Position numbers and translations under genes: made by a program | Assembly (NCBI GenBank): GCA_021390615.1 | Contig: JAJEJU010000023.1 | Coordinates: forward strand, 356,686 to 420,685 | Direction: 5' to 3' | DNA: 64,000 nucleotides | From: Rhodanobacteraceae bacterium ZG21-1 | GTDB lineage: Bacteria; Pseudomonadota; Gammaproteobacteria; Xanthomonadales; Rhodanobacteraceae | Shown here: positions 9,203 through 19,281 of the stretch, piece after piece | Layout of the letters: the number at the start of each line of letters is the position of its first letter | Position numbering within the stretch: the stretch's first letter is position 1 | Notes under the pieces: model-generated | Told to the model about the DNA's origin: nothing | What the model saw: the letters and a program-made list of their open reading frames with translations, nothing else | Databases searched by the model: none

Positions 9203-9841
9203 ATGACCCGCATGGCCGAACTGCAAGCCGACGCACTCGCCGAGCATGCGTTCAATGTTTTTCTCACCCAGGGACGGCATGTCGAAGGGGCACGCCTGAT
9301 TTATCGCGCTTTGCAGCTGGCGCCCGAGCACCCCAGGGCCCTGCGCTGCCTCAGCGATTTCCATGCACGCGAGGGCACCGAGGTTTTCGCGGCCGTGGCG
9401 CTGGAATATGCGCTGGCCCATGGCCATCCGATCAGCGAGCAAGAACGCCGCTCGCTCGACGACCTGCGCTTTCTCTCGCTGTGGTCCTGGGGTTTCTCCC
9501 GGCACAAGAGCGGCGACGTGCACCTGAGCGGCGAAGCCTTCGAGCAACGCGACGATTTCACGCTGGACCAGACTGCCTACAATGAGTTTCTGGCCCATCT
9601 GCTGAAGCCGGCCGGTTCCTTGCAGGCCGCCTGCGCGAGCGCCCTTCGCCTGTGCGGCGCGCTCGCTGGATTCCTGCAACACACCGGCAAGCCCGGCCCG
9701 GATTTCGAGGACTTACTGGACCCGGCTCATTTCGTCGAGACGGAACAGTACCGGTCTTGGCTACAGACATCCTCTGCATCGCTGGACGAACTCGCGCAAT
9801 CGGTTCGCCGCATGCAGGAACAGCAGGTGAAACACCCATGA
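9203..9841 (+). CDS. Hypothetical protein
   Basis: This helical ORF (MTRMAELQADALAEHAFNVFL...) has no recognisable catalytic motif. Its stop overlaps the GNAT start (ATGA) at 9838-9841. The ATG is at 9203 within the track ORF 9005..9841. Confidence 0.5.
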   Translation: MTRMAELQADALAEHAFNVFLTQGRHVEGARLIYRALQLAPEHPRALRCLSDFHAREGTEVFAAVALEYALAHGHPISEQERRSLDDLRFLSLWSWGFSRHKSGDVHLSGEAFEQRDDFTLDQTAYNEFLAHLLKPAGSLQAACASALRLCGALAGFLQHTGKPGPDFEDLLDPAHFVETEQYRSWLQTSSASLDELAQSVRRMQEQQVKHP

Positions 9842-10341
9842 TCGGGCACGTCACAGTGAATACCCTGGCGATCCGCATCGGCGGCCTCGACCATCCGGCG
9901 GTGGTGAACCTGCTGAGCGAACACCTGCAGAGCATGGCCCTGCATTCACCGCCCGAAAGCATTCACGCGCTCGACCTCGATGCACTGCGCCAGCCGGCCA
10001 TCACCTTCTGGTCGGCATGGCAGGGCGAGCAGCTGAAGGGCTGCTGCGCGCTCAAGCAGCTGGCTGCCGACCACGGCGAAGTGAAATCGATGCGCACGTC
10101 GAACGCATCCCGGCGCCAAGGCGTCGGCGCGCAGATGCTGCGTCATCTGCTGGCCGAGGCGCTGCGCAGAAACTACCGGCGGCTAAGCCTGGAAACCGGT
10201 GCGGCGCAGGCCTTCGAGCCGGCGCATCGACTGTATGCCAGCTTCGGCTTCAGCCGCTGCGGCCCGTTCGGCGACTATGTGGAAGACCCGTACAGCGTGT
10301 TTATGACCCGAGACGTTACACCGGCCGACGCCGCTCCATAA
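9838..10341 (+). CDS. GNAT family N-acetyltransferase
   Basis: It has an acetyl-CoA binding motif, RRQGVGAQMLRHLLAEA (Q/RxxGxG/A), the typical GNAT size and the C-terminal motif YASFGF. It is translationally coupled to the upstream ORF. Confidence 0.75.
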   Translation: MIGHVTVNTLAIRIGGLDHPAVVNLLSEHLQSMALHSPPESIHALDLDALRQPAITFWSAWQGEQLKGCCALKQLAADHGEVKSMRTSNASRRQGVGAQMLRHLLAEALRRNYRRLSLETGAAQAFEPAHRLYASFGFSRCGPFGDYVEDPYSVFMTRDVTPADAAP

Positions 10342-10957
10342 GCGCCGCTTGATCGGTATCGCGTTCTCGGCATCGAGCAACGCATGGTGTGCCCAGTACC
10401 CAAGGCGGCGTTCGATCGTAGTGCGGCGAGCGTTGTGCGCAGCATGAGCTGATCGTCAGCTTGTCGCCAGAACCGCCGTCGACGCCTCCTGCCACCGCGT
10501 ACTCGCGTCGGCAACGGCGTCTAGAGCGTCATCCCATCGGCGACTTATCGGCATGCGATGATGGATCAGAGGCCCGCCAAGCCGCACAGTCTGCACCGTG
10601 CATGCTCGGAGAAGCGTCTGGCGATCGCCTGCCGAGTGGCTGCCACATCGATCCGAACGCTCCGCGCCGGGTGGATCGCCGCCGGCAAGAGCATCTGCGT
10701 CGAGCCGTGAGTGGGCTGGCATCGGCCCGCCGCCCGATCGCATGCCTTACCGCCTGCGCATACCGGCCAACCACGCGGTCACCCGTGCACGTGCCGGCCA
10801 CGTGGAGCCCAATCGACCCGCGCCGCAGCGCAGCGGCTTGTCCATGACGATCACCGTCAACGGCAGCGCGCGATCGATGCAGATGATTCAAGCAGGATGA
10901 TTCAAGCAGCAAGCAGCGGTTCGCGGCACACAGGGCAACCGCCGATGCTGGCAGCGT

Positions 10958-12241
10958 TCAACTGCGGTGCAAGGCCCGATGCGCGATATCGCGGCGGTAG
11001 AAGGCGCCCTCGAAGTGAAGCTTCGCGGCCGCGGCATAGGCATGCTCGCGCGCGGCGGCGATGTCCTTGCCCAGCGCGCATACGGTGAGCACGCGGCCGC
11101 CGGCGGTGACCACGCGGCCCTGCTCGTCCAGCCTGGTGCCGGCATGGAACACCTTGGCCTCGGCGCCGAAATGTCCGTCCAGGCCCTCGATCACGTCGCC
11201 GCTGCGCACCTGGCCGGGATAACCGCCGGCTGCCAGCACCACGCCCAGCGAGGGTCGCGGATCCCAGTGAGCATGGGTGTGGCGCAGCTCGCCGTCGAGC
11301 GCGGCCTCGATCAATTCGACCAGGTCGGACTTCAGGCGCAGCATGATCGGCTGGGTTTCGGGATCGCCGAAGCGCACGTTGAACTCGATCACCTTCGGTG
11401 CGCCGGTCTTGTCGATCATCAGGCCGGCATACAGAAACCCGATGAAGGGCGCTCCTTCGGCGGCCATGCCGTGCAGGGTCGGCTCGATCACCTCTTTGAG
11501 AATGCGCCGCTCGACCTGCGGCGTGACCACCGGCGCCGGCGAGTAGGCACCCATGCCGCCGGTGTTCGGACCGAAATCGCCGTCGTCGCGGCGCTTGTGG
11601 TCCTGGCTGCTGGCCATCGGCAGGGCGTGGCTGCCGTCGCTCATCACGATGTAGCTGGCTTCCTCGCCGTCCAGGAATTCCTCGATCACCACCCGTGCCG
11701 AGGCATCGCCGAAGGCATGCGCGCCCAGCATGTCGTGCAGGGCCAGCTCGGCGTCGGCCAGGGTCAGCGCCACCACCACGCCCTTGCCGGCGGCCAGGCC
11801 GTCGGCCTTGATCACGATCGGCGCGCCATGCAGCCGCACATAGGCCAGCGCCGGTGTCAGCTCGGTGAACACCGCATAGTGCGCGGTGGGAATGTTGTGA
11901 CGCTGCAGGAAATGCTTGGCGAAGGCCTTGGAGCCCTCCAGCTGGGCGGCGATCGCGCGCGGCCCGAAGATGCGCAGCCCCGCCGCGCGGAAGCGATCGA
12001 CCACGCCCGCCACCAGCGGCACCTCGGGGCCGACCACGGTCAGCGCGACATGCTCGTCGCGGGCCAGCTTGAGCAGGCCGTCGAGGTCGTTGGCGGCCAC
12101 CGCCGCGTTGCGCACGCCGCGTTCGCGCGCGGTGCCGGCATTGCCGGGCGCGACGATCACCTCGCTGACCCGCGGCGACTGCTTGAGCTTCCACGCCAGC
12201 GCGTGCTCGCGACCGCCGTTGCCGATGACCAGGACCTTCAT
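10958..12241 (-). CDS. purD: Phosphoribosylamine--glycine ligase
   Basis: The sequence [19 protein letters not shown]...ATP-grasp...GNAGTA... is collinear with PurD. The start was set at the conserved MKVLVIGxGGREHA, shortening the track ORF (to 12391) by 50 codons. Confidence 0.92.
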   Translation of the reverse strand: MKVLVIGNGGREHALAWKLKQSPRVSEVIVAPGNAGTARERGVRNAAVAANDLDGLLKLARDEHVALTVVGPEVPLVAGVVDRFRAAGLRIFGPRAIAAQLEGSKAFAKHFLQRHNIPTAHYAVFTELTPALAYVRLHGAPIVIKADGLAAGKGVVVALTLADAELALHDMLGAHAFGDASARVVIEEFLDGEEASYIVMSDGSHALPMASSQDHKRRDDGDFGPNTGGMGAYSPAPVVTPQVERRILKEVIEPTLHGMAAEGAPFIGFLYAGLMIDKTGAPKVIEFNVRFGDPETQPIMLRLKSDLVELIEAALDGELRHTHAHWDPRPSLGVVLAAGGYPGQVRSGDVIEGLDGHFGAEAKVFHAGTRLDEQGRVVTAGGRVLTVCALGKDIAAAREHAYAAAAKLHFEGAFYRRDIAHRALHRS

Positions 12242-13069
12242 GCCGTGCTCCGAATCGATATGGCGCTCGTGGCGCAGGCGCGCATTGTAGCGGGTGCCTC
12301 GCGCGACGCCTTCATGCCGGGGCGCCGGGGCTTGCTGTGGCACGCGTTCGGATCGCCAGACCAGGCTGGCCGACAGCCTGCATGCACTCATGGCCTCTCC
12401 GACCCGGTGAAGGCCTGATCGCCAGGGCGCGAAGGGCGCTGGCGTGGCCGCTCCGCACAGACGCAGCGGCTGCGATCGTGCAGGAAGCTTCCATAGCGGC
12501 GATCCTTCGCTTCGCCGAACGCTCGATGCTTCGCCGAAAAGCCGAACCGCTGCGTTTCCCGAACCTGATGCCGCCAGGATGTTGATGCGACGGCCGCACT
12601 CGATGGTCTACAGCTCTGCCTACGTCCGTCCCAGCGCTGGGGGCGGCTCCGGCAGTTCCACTTGCGTCGACGCTTCGTGGGAACATGCCTTCGCGCCGCC
12701 GGAACTGCCGCAGCTGCCGCTCTTACTGGATTCGTTGCAGCCGCCATGGCGGTGCGGCGGCCTTGCCCGGATAACCCACGGCATTGCGCGCCCCAGCCTC
12801 GTCGATGGCGGCATGGCCGAGAGATCCAGCACAACGGCAAGGCATCGTTCGACATGCACGCCGTGCTCGAAGCCGGAGATGCGACGCCGCAGATGAGGCG
12901 GCTCCGATGCAGCACCTAGGCCTCGGCTGCGTGCAGCAGGCGCGCGAAATCGCACAAGGCCGCGATAGGCTTTTGCCGCATGCTGCCGGGCGGGCCTCGG
13001 CGAATCAGCCGTAGCCGCCCATTCGCTTCGAGCATCCCCGCCGCGACGACGCGGCGAAAGCATGCCGCC

Positions 13070-14470
13070 TCAGTCGCGCTGGGCCAGCCGCTCCAGCAGG
13101 GCCGTGCGCGGCAGTTTGCCGGTCTCGTTGCGCGGCAGGGCCTCGACCAGGCGCAGGGGGCGCGGCAGGAACAGCGGATCGATGACCTCGCGCAGCGCGG
13201 CCAGGATGGCCTGCTCGTCCAGCCCCGGCGCCACCGCCAGCGCGGCGATGCGGCGCACGCCCATCGCCTCGGCCTCGTCGAGCTGGAACACCACGCCGTC
13301 GCGCACGCCGGGAATGGCCAGCAGGCGGCGCGTCAGGTCGCCCAGCGAGGCGCGCTTGCCGGCGATCTCCAGCATGTCGGCGTGGCGCCCGCGCAGCTGG
13401 AAGCGCCGTCCGCCGTCGGACAGGCTGACGATATCGGCCAGCATCATCGGCTGGTCCAGCTGCGGCGCTTCCACCAGGGTGCCGTCGGGCTGCGGATGCA
13501 GCTGCACGCCCGGATACAGCGTCCAGGCCTCGTCGGTGCCGCTGCGCCGGCTGGCGAACACGCAGGTTTCGGTGGAGCCGAACACTTCCAGCAGCGGCGC
13601 GCCGAAGCGCTGCTCGGCCGCGCCCGCCAGTTCGGTGGGCATCGGCGCGGTGGCCGACATCATCGCGGCGATCGGCGGCAGCTCGACGCCCGACTCGACC
13701 AGCGCGCGCAGGTGCACCGGCGTGGTCACCAGCAGGCGCGGCGCCGGCACCTCGGCCAGCGCCGCGGCGACGTCGGCAGGGAAGAACGGACGCCCGGCGT
13801 GCACGCTGACGTCGCCCAGCAGGGGCAGCAGCACGGTGGTCTCGATGCCGTACATGTGCTGCGAAGGCACCGTGGCCACCACGGCGAAGCGCGCGCCGAT
13901 CGCCGGCCCCAGCATGGCCAGGTTGCCGGCATTGCTGGCGCTGAAGCTGGCCCAGGTTTTCAGGTTGGGCTTGGGTGCGCCGGTGGAGCCGGAGGTGTAG
14001 GCGACCGCCACCACCTGGTCGGCGGGCAGTTCGGGCAGCTCGATCGTTTCGTCGGCCGGCGACGAAACCAGCAGCGGCGGCAGTTGCCGGTAGTGGCGCG
14101 GCGCCGGCTCCAGCGGCTGGTCGCCCACCGCGTGGCTGCCGGGATGTGCCGCCATCACCTCGTCGACCGCCTGGTGCGCACGCGAAGGCGGCAGCAGGTT
14201 GGTCTGGCCGCGCAGGGCGATGGCGCAGAACGCGACCAGGAAGGCATAGCGGTCCTCGCACAGGTTCACCGCGGCGCCGGCGACCGGCAGCAAGGCGGCG
14301 ACCTGGTGCACGTGGGCCAGGAACTGCGCTGCGCTGACCGCTTGCCCGTCGCGCCAGAACAAGGGCCGGCCGGGCTCCGCGGCCGCCAGCAGCGGCAGTC
14401 GCTGCGGGGCTTCGCCGGGGCGGGTGTCGTGGACGATGGCCAAACCGTGTTCTCCCTCGTGGACTGTCAT
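13070..14470 (-). CDS. AMP-dependent synthetase/ligase (acyl-CoA synthetase-like, adenylate-forming)
   Basis: AMP-binding core motifs are present: YTSGSTGAPK (A3), a GIETTV / FGSTE region, and the C-terminal RNETGKLPR. No flanking partner genes are present. The start was set at MTVHEG. Confidence 0.75.
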   Translation of the reverse strand: MTVHEGEHGLAIVHDTRPGEAPQRLPLLAAAEPGRPLFWRDGQAVSAAQFLAHVHQVAALLPVAGAAVNLCEDRYAFLVAFCAIALRGQTNLLPPSRAHQAVDEVMAAHPGSHAVGDQPLEPAPRHYRQLPPLLVSSPADETIELPELPADQVVAVAYTSGSTGAPKPNLKTWASFSASNAGNLAMLGPAIGARFAVVATVPSQHMYGIETTVLLPLLGDVSVHAGRPFFPADVAAALAEVPAPRLLVTTPVHLRALVESGVELPPIAAMMSATAPMPTELAGAAEQRFGAPLLEVFGSTETCVFASRRSGTDEAWTLYPGVQLHPQPDGTLVEAPQLDQPMMLADIVSLSDGGRRFQLRGRHADMLEIAGKRASLGDLTRRLLAIPGVRDGVVFQLDEAEAMGVRRIAALAVAPGLDEQAILAALREVIDPLFLPRPLRLVEALPRNETGKLPRTALLERLAQRD

Positions 14471-14593
14471 GCGGACGGCGCCAAGCCATAGCGGCCTCCG
14501 TCGGAAGCCGACATGAACAGGCCTTGGGAGCATCCCGCGTCGATCCAGTTCGACGGCGCGCGCACCACGGCTGCCGACGCGTCCCTCCGGACG

Positions 14594-15166
14594 CTAGCCG
14601 CGGATCATAGCGCCTGTCAGCGCGTCGCGGATGGTGGTGGGCTGCTGCAGCCCGCCCAGCGGCGCGTCCAGCACGCCGTCCAGGGCGTTGCCAAAATAGT
14701 CCGCGGCGGCCTGGGCGGAGCGCGCCGGCGGCTGGCCGTGCGGATTGGCGCTGGTCGAGACCAGGCCGCCGCCGAAGGCGCGGCACAGTGCGGCGGCGGG
14801 CTCATGCGCAGTGACCCGCAAGGCGATGCCCTGATGCGCGCCGGCCACCCAGGCCGGCACCGCGGCCGAGCGCGGAAAGATCCAGGTGTGCGGCCCCGGC
14901 CAGCTGGCGCGGGCGCGGCGCAGGGCTTCCGACGGCACCGCATCGAGCTGGACATAGCGCTCCAGCTGCGCGAAGTCCGCGCCGATCAGCAGCACGCCCT
15001 GGGTGGGCGGCCGCTGCTTCAACGCGAACAGGCGCTCGAAGGCGGCGCGGTCCTGGGGATCGCAGCCGAGGCCGTAGACCGCCTCGGTGGGATAGGCCAG
15101 CACGCCGCCTTCGCGCAGCAACGCGGCCGCCTCTTCCACTTGGGCGAGGAGGTAGCGCCGCGTCAC
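14594..15166 (-). CDS. tsaC: L-threonylcarbamoyladenylate synthase (YrdC/TsaC)
   Basis: It has the YrdC fold signature ...AYPTEAVYGLGCDP...LFALKQRP...LLIGA... and is about 190 aa. It uses a GTG start abutting the topA stop. Confidence 0.85.
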   Translation of the reverse strand: MTRRYLLAQVEEAAALLREGGVLAYPTEAVYGLGCDPQDRAAFERLFALKQRPPTQGVLLIGADFAQLERYVQLDAVPSEALRRARASWPGPHTWIFPRSAAVPAWVAGAHQGIALRVTAHEPAAALCRAFGGGLVSTSANPHGQPPARSAQAAADYFGNALDGVLDAPLGGLQQPTTIRDALTGAMIRG

Positions 15167-17683
15167 TTAGGCGTCGGCCTTCTTCGACGCGGCTTTCTTG
15201 CTGGCGGTCTTCTTGCTCGCGGTTTTCTTCGCCGCCGTTTTCTTGGCAGTGGTTTTCTTGGCCGCGCTCTTCTTGGCGGTGGCCTTCTTGGCGACGGTCT
15301 TCTTCGCCGCAGCCGGCTTGGCTGCCGCCTCTTTCTTCGGCGCCGCCTTGGCAGCCGCGGTCTTCCGGCCGAAACGGCCGCCCTTCTTCGCTGGCGCGGC
15401 GGCCAGCAGTTCCAGGCACTGCGCCTCGGTCAGTTCCTTCGGCTCGGTGTCCTTGGGGATGCGCGCGTTCTTCTCGCCGTCGGTGATGTAGGGACCGAAG
15501 CGGCCGTTGAGCACCTGCACGCCATTGCCGAAATCCTGGATCACCCGGTTGGCCAGCATTTCCAGCTTCTCGCGCACCACCTGCAGCGCGCGCGGCAGCT
15601 CGATGGTGTACGGGTCGTCCTCGGCCTTGAGCGAGGCATAGGTGCTGCCCTGCTTCACGAACGGGCCGAAGCGGCCGACGCCCACACTCACCTCGTCGCC
15701 GTTGTCGGCCTGGCCGAGCTTGCGCGGCAGCTTGAACAGCTCCAGCGCCTCCTCCAGCGTGATGGTGTGCATGCTCTGGCCGGTACGCAGGCTGGCGAAG
15801 CTGGGCTTGTCGGCGTCGTCCTTGGTGCCAATCTGGGCGAACGGCCCATAGCGACCCAGGCGCACCGACACCGGCTTGCCGGATTTCGGATCGCTGCCGA
15901 GCTCGCGTGCGCCGGTGGCCTCGCTGCGGTCGACCGACTCGGTCTTCTCCTCGACCTGGCGCCGGAACGGCTGCCAGAAGCGCTGCATCAGCGGCACCCA
16001 GGCTTCCTCGCCGCGGCTGACCGCGTCCAGCTCGTCTTCCAGCCGCGCGGTGAAGTCGTAGTCCACGTACTGGGTGAAATGCTGGGTGAGGAACTTGCTC
16101 ACCGCGCGGCCCACGTCGGTCGGCTTGAAGCGGCGGCTGTCCAGCAGCACGTATTCGCGGTTGAGCAGCACCTGGATGATGCTGGCGTAGGTCGAGGGAC
16201 GGCCGATGCCGTATTCCTCCAGCGCCTTGACCAGGCTGGCTTCCGAGTAGCGCGGCGGCGGCTCGGTGAAGTGCTGGTCGGCGGCGATGTCGTGCAGCGG
16301 CACGCGCTCGTCCACCGCCAGTTTCGGCAGGCGGCGTCCCTCGTCTTCGTCCTCGGCGGCCTTCTGGTCGCGGCCTTCCTCGTACACGGCGAGGAAGCCG
16401 GGATCGACCACGGTGGTGCCGGTGGCGCGGAACGAGGCGTCGCCGCCGCGCACGTTGCGCAGGGCGAAGTCCACCGACACGGTGTTGAGCGTGGCGTGGA
16501 TCATCTGGCAGGCCACGGCGCGCTTCCAGATCAGCTCGTACAGCTTGCGCTGGTCGTCGTTGAGGAAGCCGGCCACTTCGCGCGGCGTGTACATCGCCGA
16601 AGTGGGACGGATCGCCTCGTGCGCCTCCTGCGCGTTCTTCGACTTGGTGCGGTAGACCTGCACCCCGTCCGGCAGCGCCTTGGTGCCGAAGTCGCGCGCG
16701 ATCAGCTGGCGCAGCTCAGCCACCGCGTCGTCGGACAGCGCGGTGGAGTCGGTACGCATGTAGGTGATCAGGCCCACGTTGCCTTCACTGCCCAGGCTGA
16801 CGCCCTCGTACAGCCCCTGCGCGATCTTCATGGTGCGGCTGGTCGAGAAGCCGAGCTTGCGCGAGGCCTCCTGCTGCAGGGTGGAGGTGGTGAACGGCGG
16901 CGCCGGACGGCGCTTGCGCTCCTTGCTGGACACCTCGCTGACAGTGAGCCGGCCGGCGGCGGCTTCCTTCAGCGCGGCGCGCGCGGCCAGCGCGTCGGCC
17001 TCGTTGGTGAGGTCGAACTGCTCGAACTTCTTGCCGTTGAGCTGGGTCAGGCGGGCGCTGAAATCGCCGTCGGGATGACGCAGCTGGGCCTCGATGGTCC
17101 AGTACTCGCGGGCGACGAAGGCTTCGATTTCCTCTTCGCGCTCGACGATCATGCGCAGCGCCGGCGACTGCACGCGGCCGGCCGACAGGCCGCGCTGCAC
17201 CTTGCGCCACAGCACCGGCGACAGGTTGAAGCCGACCAGGTAATCCAGCGCGCGGCGCGCCTGCTGCGCGTCCACCAGGTCGTGCGAGAGCTGGCGCGGC
17301 TGCGCCACCGCCGCCTTGATCGCTTTCGGCGTGATCTCGGAGAACACCACGCGGTGCAGCTGCTTGCCGTCGGTCAGCCCGCGCTCCTTGAGGATCTCGC
17401 TGATGTGCCAGCTGATCGCCTCGCCTTCGCGATCCAAGTCGGTCGCGAGGTAGATGTCTTCGGCCTGCTTGGCGGCCTTGGCGATGGCGTCGACGTGCTT
17501 CTCGTTGCGCTCGATCACCTCGTAGGCCATGCGGAAACCGTGTTCGGTGTCGACCGCGCCCTCTTTCGGCTTGAGGTCGCGCACGTGGCCGTAGGACGCC
17601 AGCACCTGGAAGTCCTTGCCGAGATATTTGTTGATCGTCTTGGCCTTGGCGGGCGACTCGACGATGAGCAGGTTTTTTGCCAT
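15167..17683 (-). CDS. topA: DNA topoisomerase I
   Basis: The protein has a Toprim N-terminus (MAKNLLIVESPAKAKTINKYLG) and the active-site region ...GRVQSPALRMIVEREEEI... It has C-terminal zinc-ribbon-less repeats followed by a lysine/alanine-rich tail typical of Xanthomonadaceae TopA. Confidence 0.93.
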   Translation of the reverse strand: MAKNLLIVESPAKAKTINKYLGKDFQVLASYGHVRDLKPKEGAVDTEHGFRMAYEVIERNEKHVDAIAKAAKQAEDIYLATDLDREGEAISWHISEILKERGLTDGKQLHRVVFSEITPKAIKAAVAQPRQLSHDLVDAQQARRALDYLVGFNLSPVLWRKVQRGLSAGRVQSPALRMIVEREEEIEAFVAREYWTIEAQLRHPDGDFSARLTQLNGKKFEQFDLTNEADALAARAALKEAAAGRLTVSEVSSKERKRRPAPPFTTSTLQQEASRKLGFSTSRTMKIAQGLYEGVSLGSEGNVGLITYMRTDSTALSDDAVAELRQLIARDFGTKALPDGVQVYRTKSKNAQEAHEAIRPTSAMYTPREVAGFLNDDQRKLYELIWKRAVACQMIHATLNTVSVDFALRNVRGGDASFRATGTTVVDPGFLAVYEEGRDQKAAEDEDEGRRLPKLAVDERVPLHDIAADQHFTEPPPRYSEASLVKALEEYGIGRPSTYASIIQVLLNREYVLLDSRRFKPTDVGRAVSKFLTQHFTQYVDYDFTARLEDELDAVSRGEEAWVPLMQRFWQPFRRQVEEKTESVDRSEATGARELGSDPKSGKPVSVRLGRYGPFAQIGTKDDADKPSFASLRTGQSMHTITLEEALELFKLPRKLGQADNGDEVSVGVGRFGPFVKQGSTYASLKAEDDPYTIELPRALQVVREKLEMLANRVIQDFGNGVQVLNGRFGPYITDGEKNARIPKDTEPKELTEAQCLELLAAAPAKKGGRFGRKTAAAKAAPKKEAAAKPAAAKKTVAKKATAKKSAAKKTTAKKTAAKKTASKKTASKKAASKKADA
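15170..15400 (-). repeat. Degenerate tandem ~15-nt repeats encoding the K/A-rich C-terminal tail of TopA
   Basis: The plus strand shows repeated GCGGTTTTCTTGGCN / GTCTTCTTGC units. On the coding strand these give iterated AKK(T/A)AAKK motifs. Confidence 0.7.
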
Positions 17684-17989
17684 GCGGCTCGATTTCCGAA
17701 ACGGACCGCCGTCGCCGGGGCGACGGTCGGTTGCTGACAGCCCGGAAGCGGACTGCCAAGTCTTGAGAAGGGCCTGCAGCCGGCCAGGCACGAGGGCCGG
17801 CGGCGGCGAGGCGCGAACGGAATCGCCGACCAGGCATCCTGCCTGGTGCGGAGACTTCCTTATTTAGTTGAGCCATGGCCCTGCGCCAGCTGTCAAGCAC
17901 AGAGCCGTGAAACCGCCGCCTGCATCCGCTTTGGGCATGCCCGACCGCGCGCATGATCGGGGCGGAGCGGGGGCTGCAGCCGGGCTCGC

Positions 17990-19126
17990 CTAATCGGCCA
18001 CGCGCTGATAACGGTTGCCGGGCAGGCCTTCCACACGCCCCTCCAGTTCCAGCATCAGCAGCTGCGAGGACAACTCCGCCGCCGGCTGGCCGGTACGCGC
18101 GGCGAGTTCGTCCAGGGACACCGGGTCATGGCCCAGCGCCTGCAGCAGGCGAGCATGCTCGGCGGCGACGTCGCCATCGCTGCGCGGCGTCGGCGGCGGT
18201 GACGGGGCGGCACCTTCCGCCAGACGCGCCGCCAGTTCGCCGCCCAGGTGGCGCGCGCCGGGCGCCAGCGCCTCGACGATCTCCTCCGGCGCTTCCACCA
18301 GCCGCGCGCCGTCGCGGATCAGCCGATGGCAGCCGCGGGCCAGCGGATGATGGATGGATCCGGGCAGGGCGAACACCTCGCGCCCCTGCTCGGCGGCCAG
18401 CCGTGCGGTAATCAGCGAGCCGGAGTGCAGCCCGGCCTCGACCACCAGGGTGCCCAGCGCGAGCCCGGCGATGAGTCGATTGCGGCGTGGGAAATGATCC
18501 GGATGCGCCGCGGTGCCCGGCGGGAACTCGCTCACCAGCGCACCGGCCGCGGCGATCCGCTCGGCCAGGGCGCGGTGCTGGCGCGGGTAGACGCCATCCG
18601 GACCGGTGCCCATCACCGCCAGGGTGGGCGCGCCCGCATCCAGCGCGGCGGCATGCGCGGCACCGTCGATGCCGGCAGCCAGGCCGCTGGTCACCAGCAG
18701 GCCCGCGCGCGTCAGCTCGACGGCAAAGGCCCGCGCATTGGCCAGGCCGCTCGCGCTGGCCCCGCGCGCGCCGACGATGGCTACCTGGGGATAAAGCAGC
18801 AGGCCGGCCTCGCCAACCACGAACAAGGCGACCGGCGGTTGCGGAATCGCACCGAGCTGCGGGGGAAAATCGGCCTCGTCGAAGCGCAGCAGGCGTCGAC
18901 CCGGCTGGGCCAGCCAGTCCAGGTCGGCCTGCAGTCGCCCCTCGTCGGGATGCCGCAGCCAGGCCTGCGCAGCCGGCTCCAGGCCGCCCGGGCTTCGTTG
19001 CAGCTGCACCACGACCGATGAGGCCTCGCCGCCCGCTGCAAGCAGCCGCTCGCGCAGCCCGGCCGGCCCCAGGCCGGGCGTGCGCAGCAGGATCAGCCAA
19101 TCACGAAGCTCGCGAGATTTGCCCAT
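17990..19126 (-). CDS. dprA: DNA-processing protein DprA (Smf)
   Basis: It has a Rossmann-like DprA core (...GARGASASGLANARAFAVELTRAGLLVTSGLAAGIDGAAHAAAL...VMGTGPDGVYP...) and a C-terminal winged-helix domain. It sits next to topA, a conserved neighbourhood. Confidence 0.88.
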   Translation of the reverse strand: MGKSRELRDWLILLRTPGLGPAGLRERLLAAGGEASSVVVQLQRSPGGLEPAAQAWLRHPDEGRLQADLDWLAQPGRRLLRFDEADFPPQLGAIPQPPVALFVVGEAGLLLYPQVAIVGARGASASGLANARAFAVELTRAGLLVTSGLAAGIDGAAHAAALDAGAPTLAVMGTGPDGVYPRQHRALAERIAAAGALVSEFPPGTAAHPDHFPRRNRLIAGLALGTLVVEAGLHSGSLITARLAAEQGREVFALPGSIHHPLARGCHRLIRDGARLVEAPEEIVEALAPGARHLGGELAARLAEGAAPSPPPTPRSDGDVAAEHARLLQALGHDPVSLDELAARTGQPAAELSSQLLMLELEGRVEGLPGNRYQRVAD

Positions 19127-19281
19127 GCGCCCAGTCTGGCGGGCGGCGCGGTGCGGCCCGGCACGCCGGCGCCGGCTGGGCGCGTAGGAAAGCGCCGCCA
19201 CCGCCGGTCGGGAGACGGCGCGGCGGATCAGGTCGCGAACGGGATAGCCGACGGGACGCGCTCGCGCGCCCCGTCAGCGGG

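Noticed and set aside
13005-14786. 593-aa minus-strand ORF in alternative frame and the 503-aa plus ORF at 12980..14491
   Set aside because: They overlap the AMP-ligase gene, which carries genuine AMP-binding motifs. These frames are Arg/Pro/Gly-rich nonsense.
14513-17737. 1074-aa plus-strand ORF
   Set aside because: It is antisense to topA and tsaC and has no motifs. It is a high-GC artefact.
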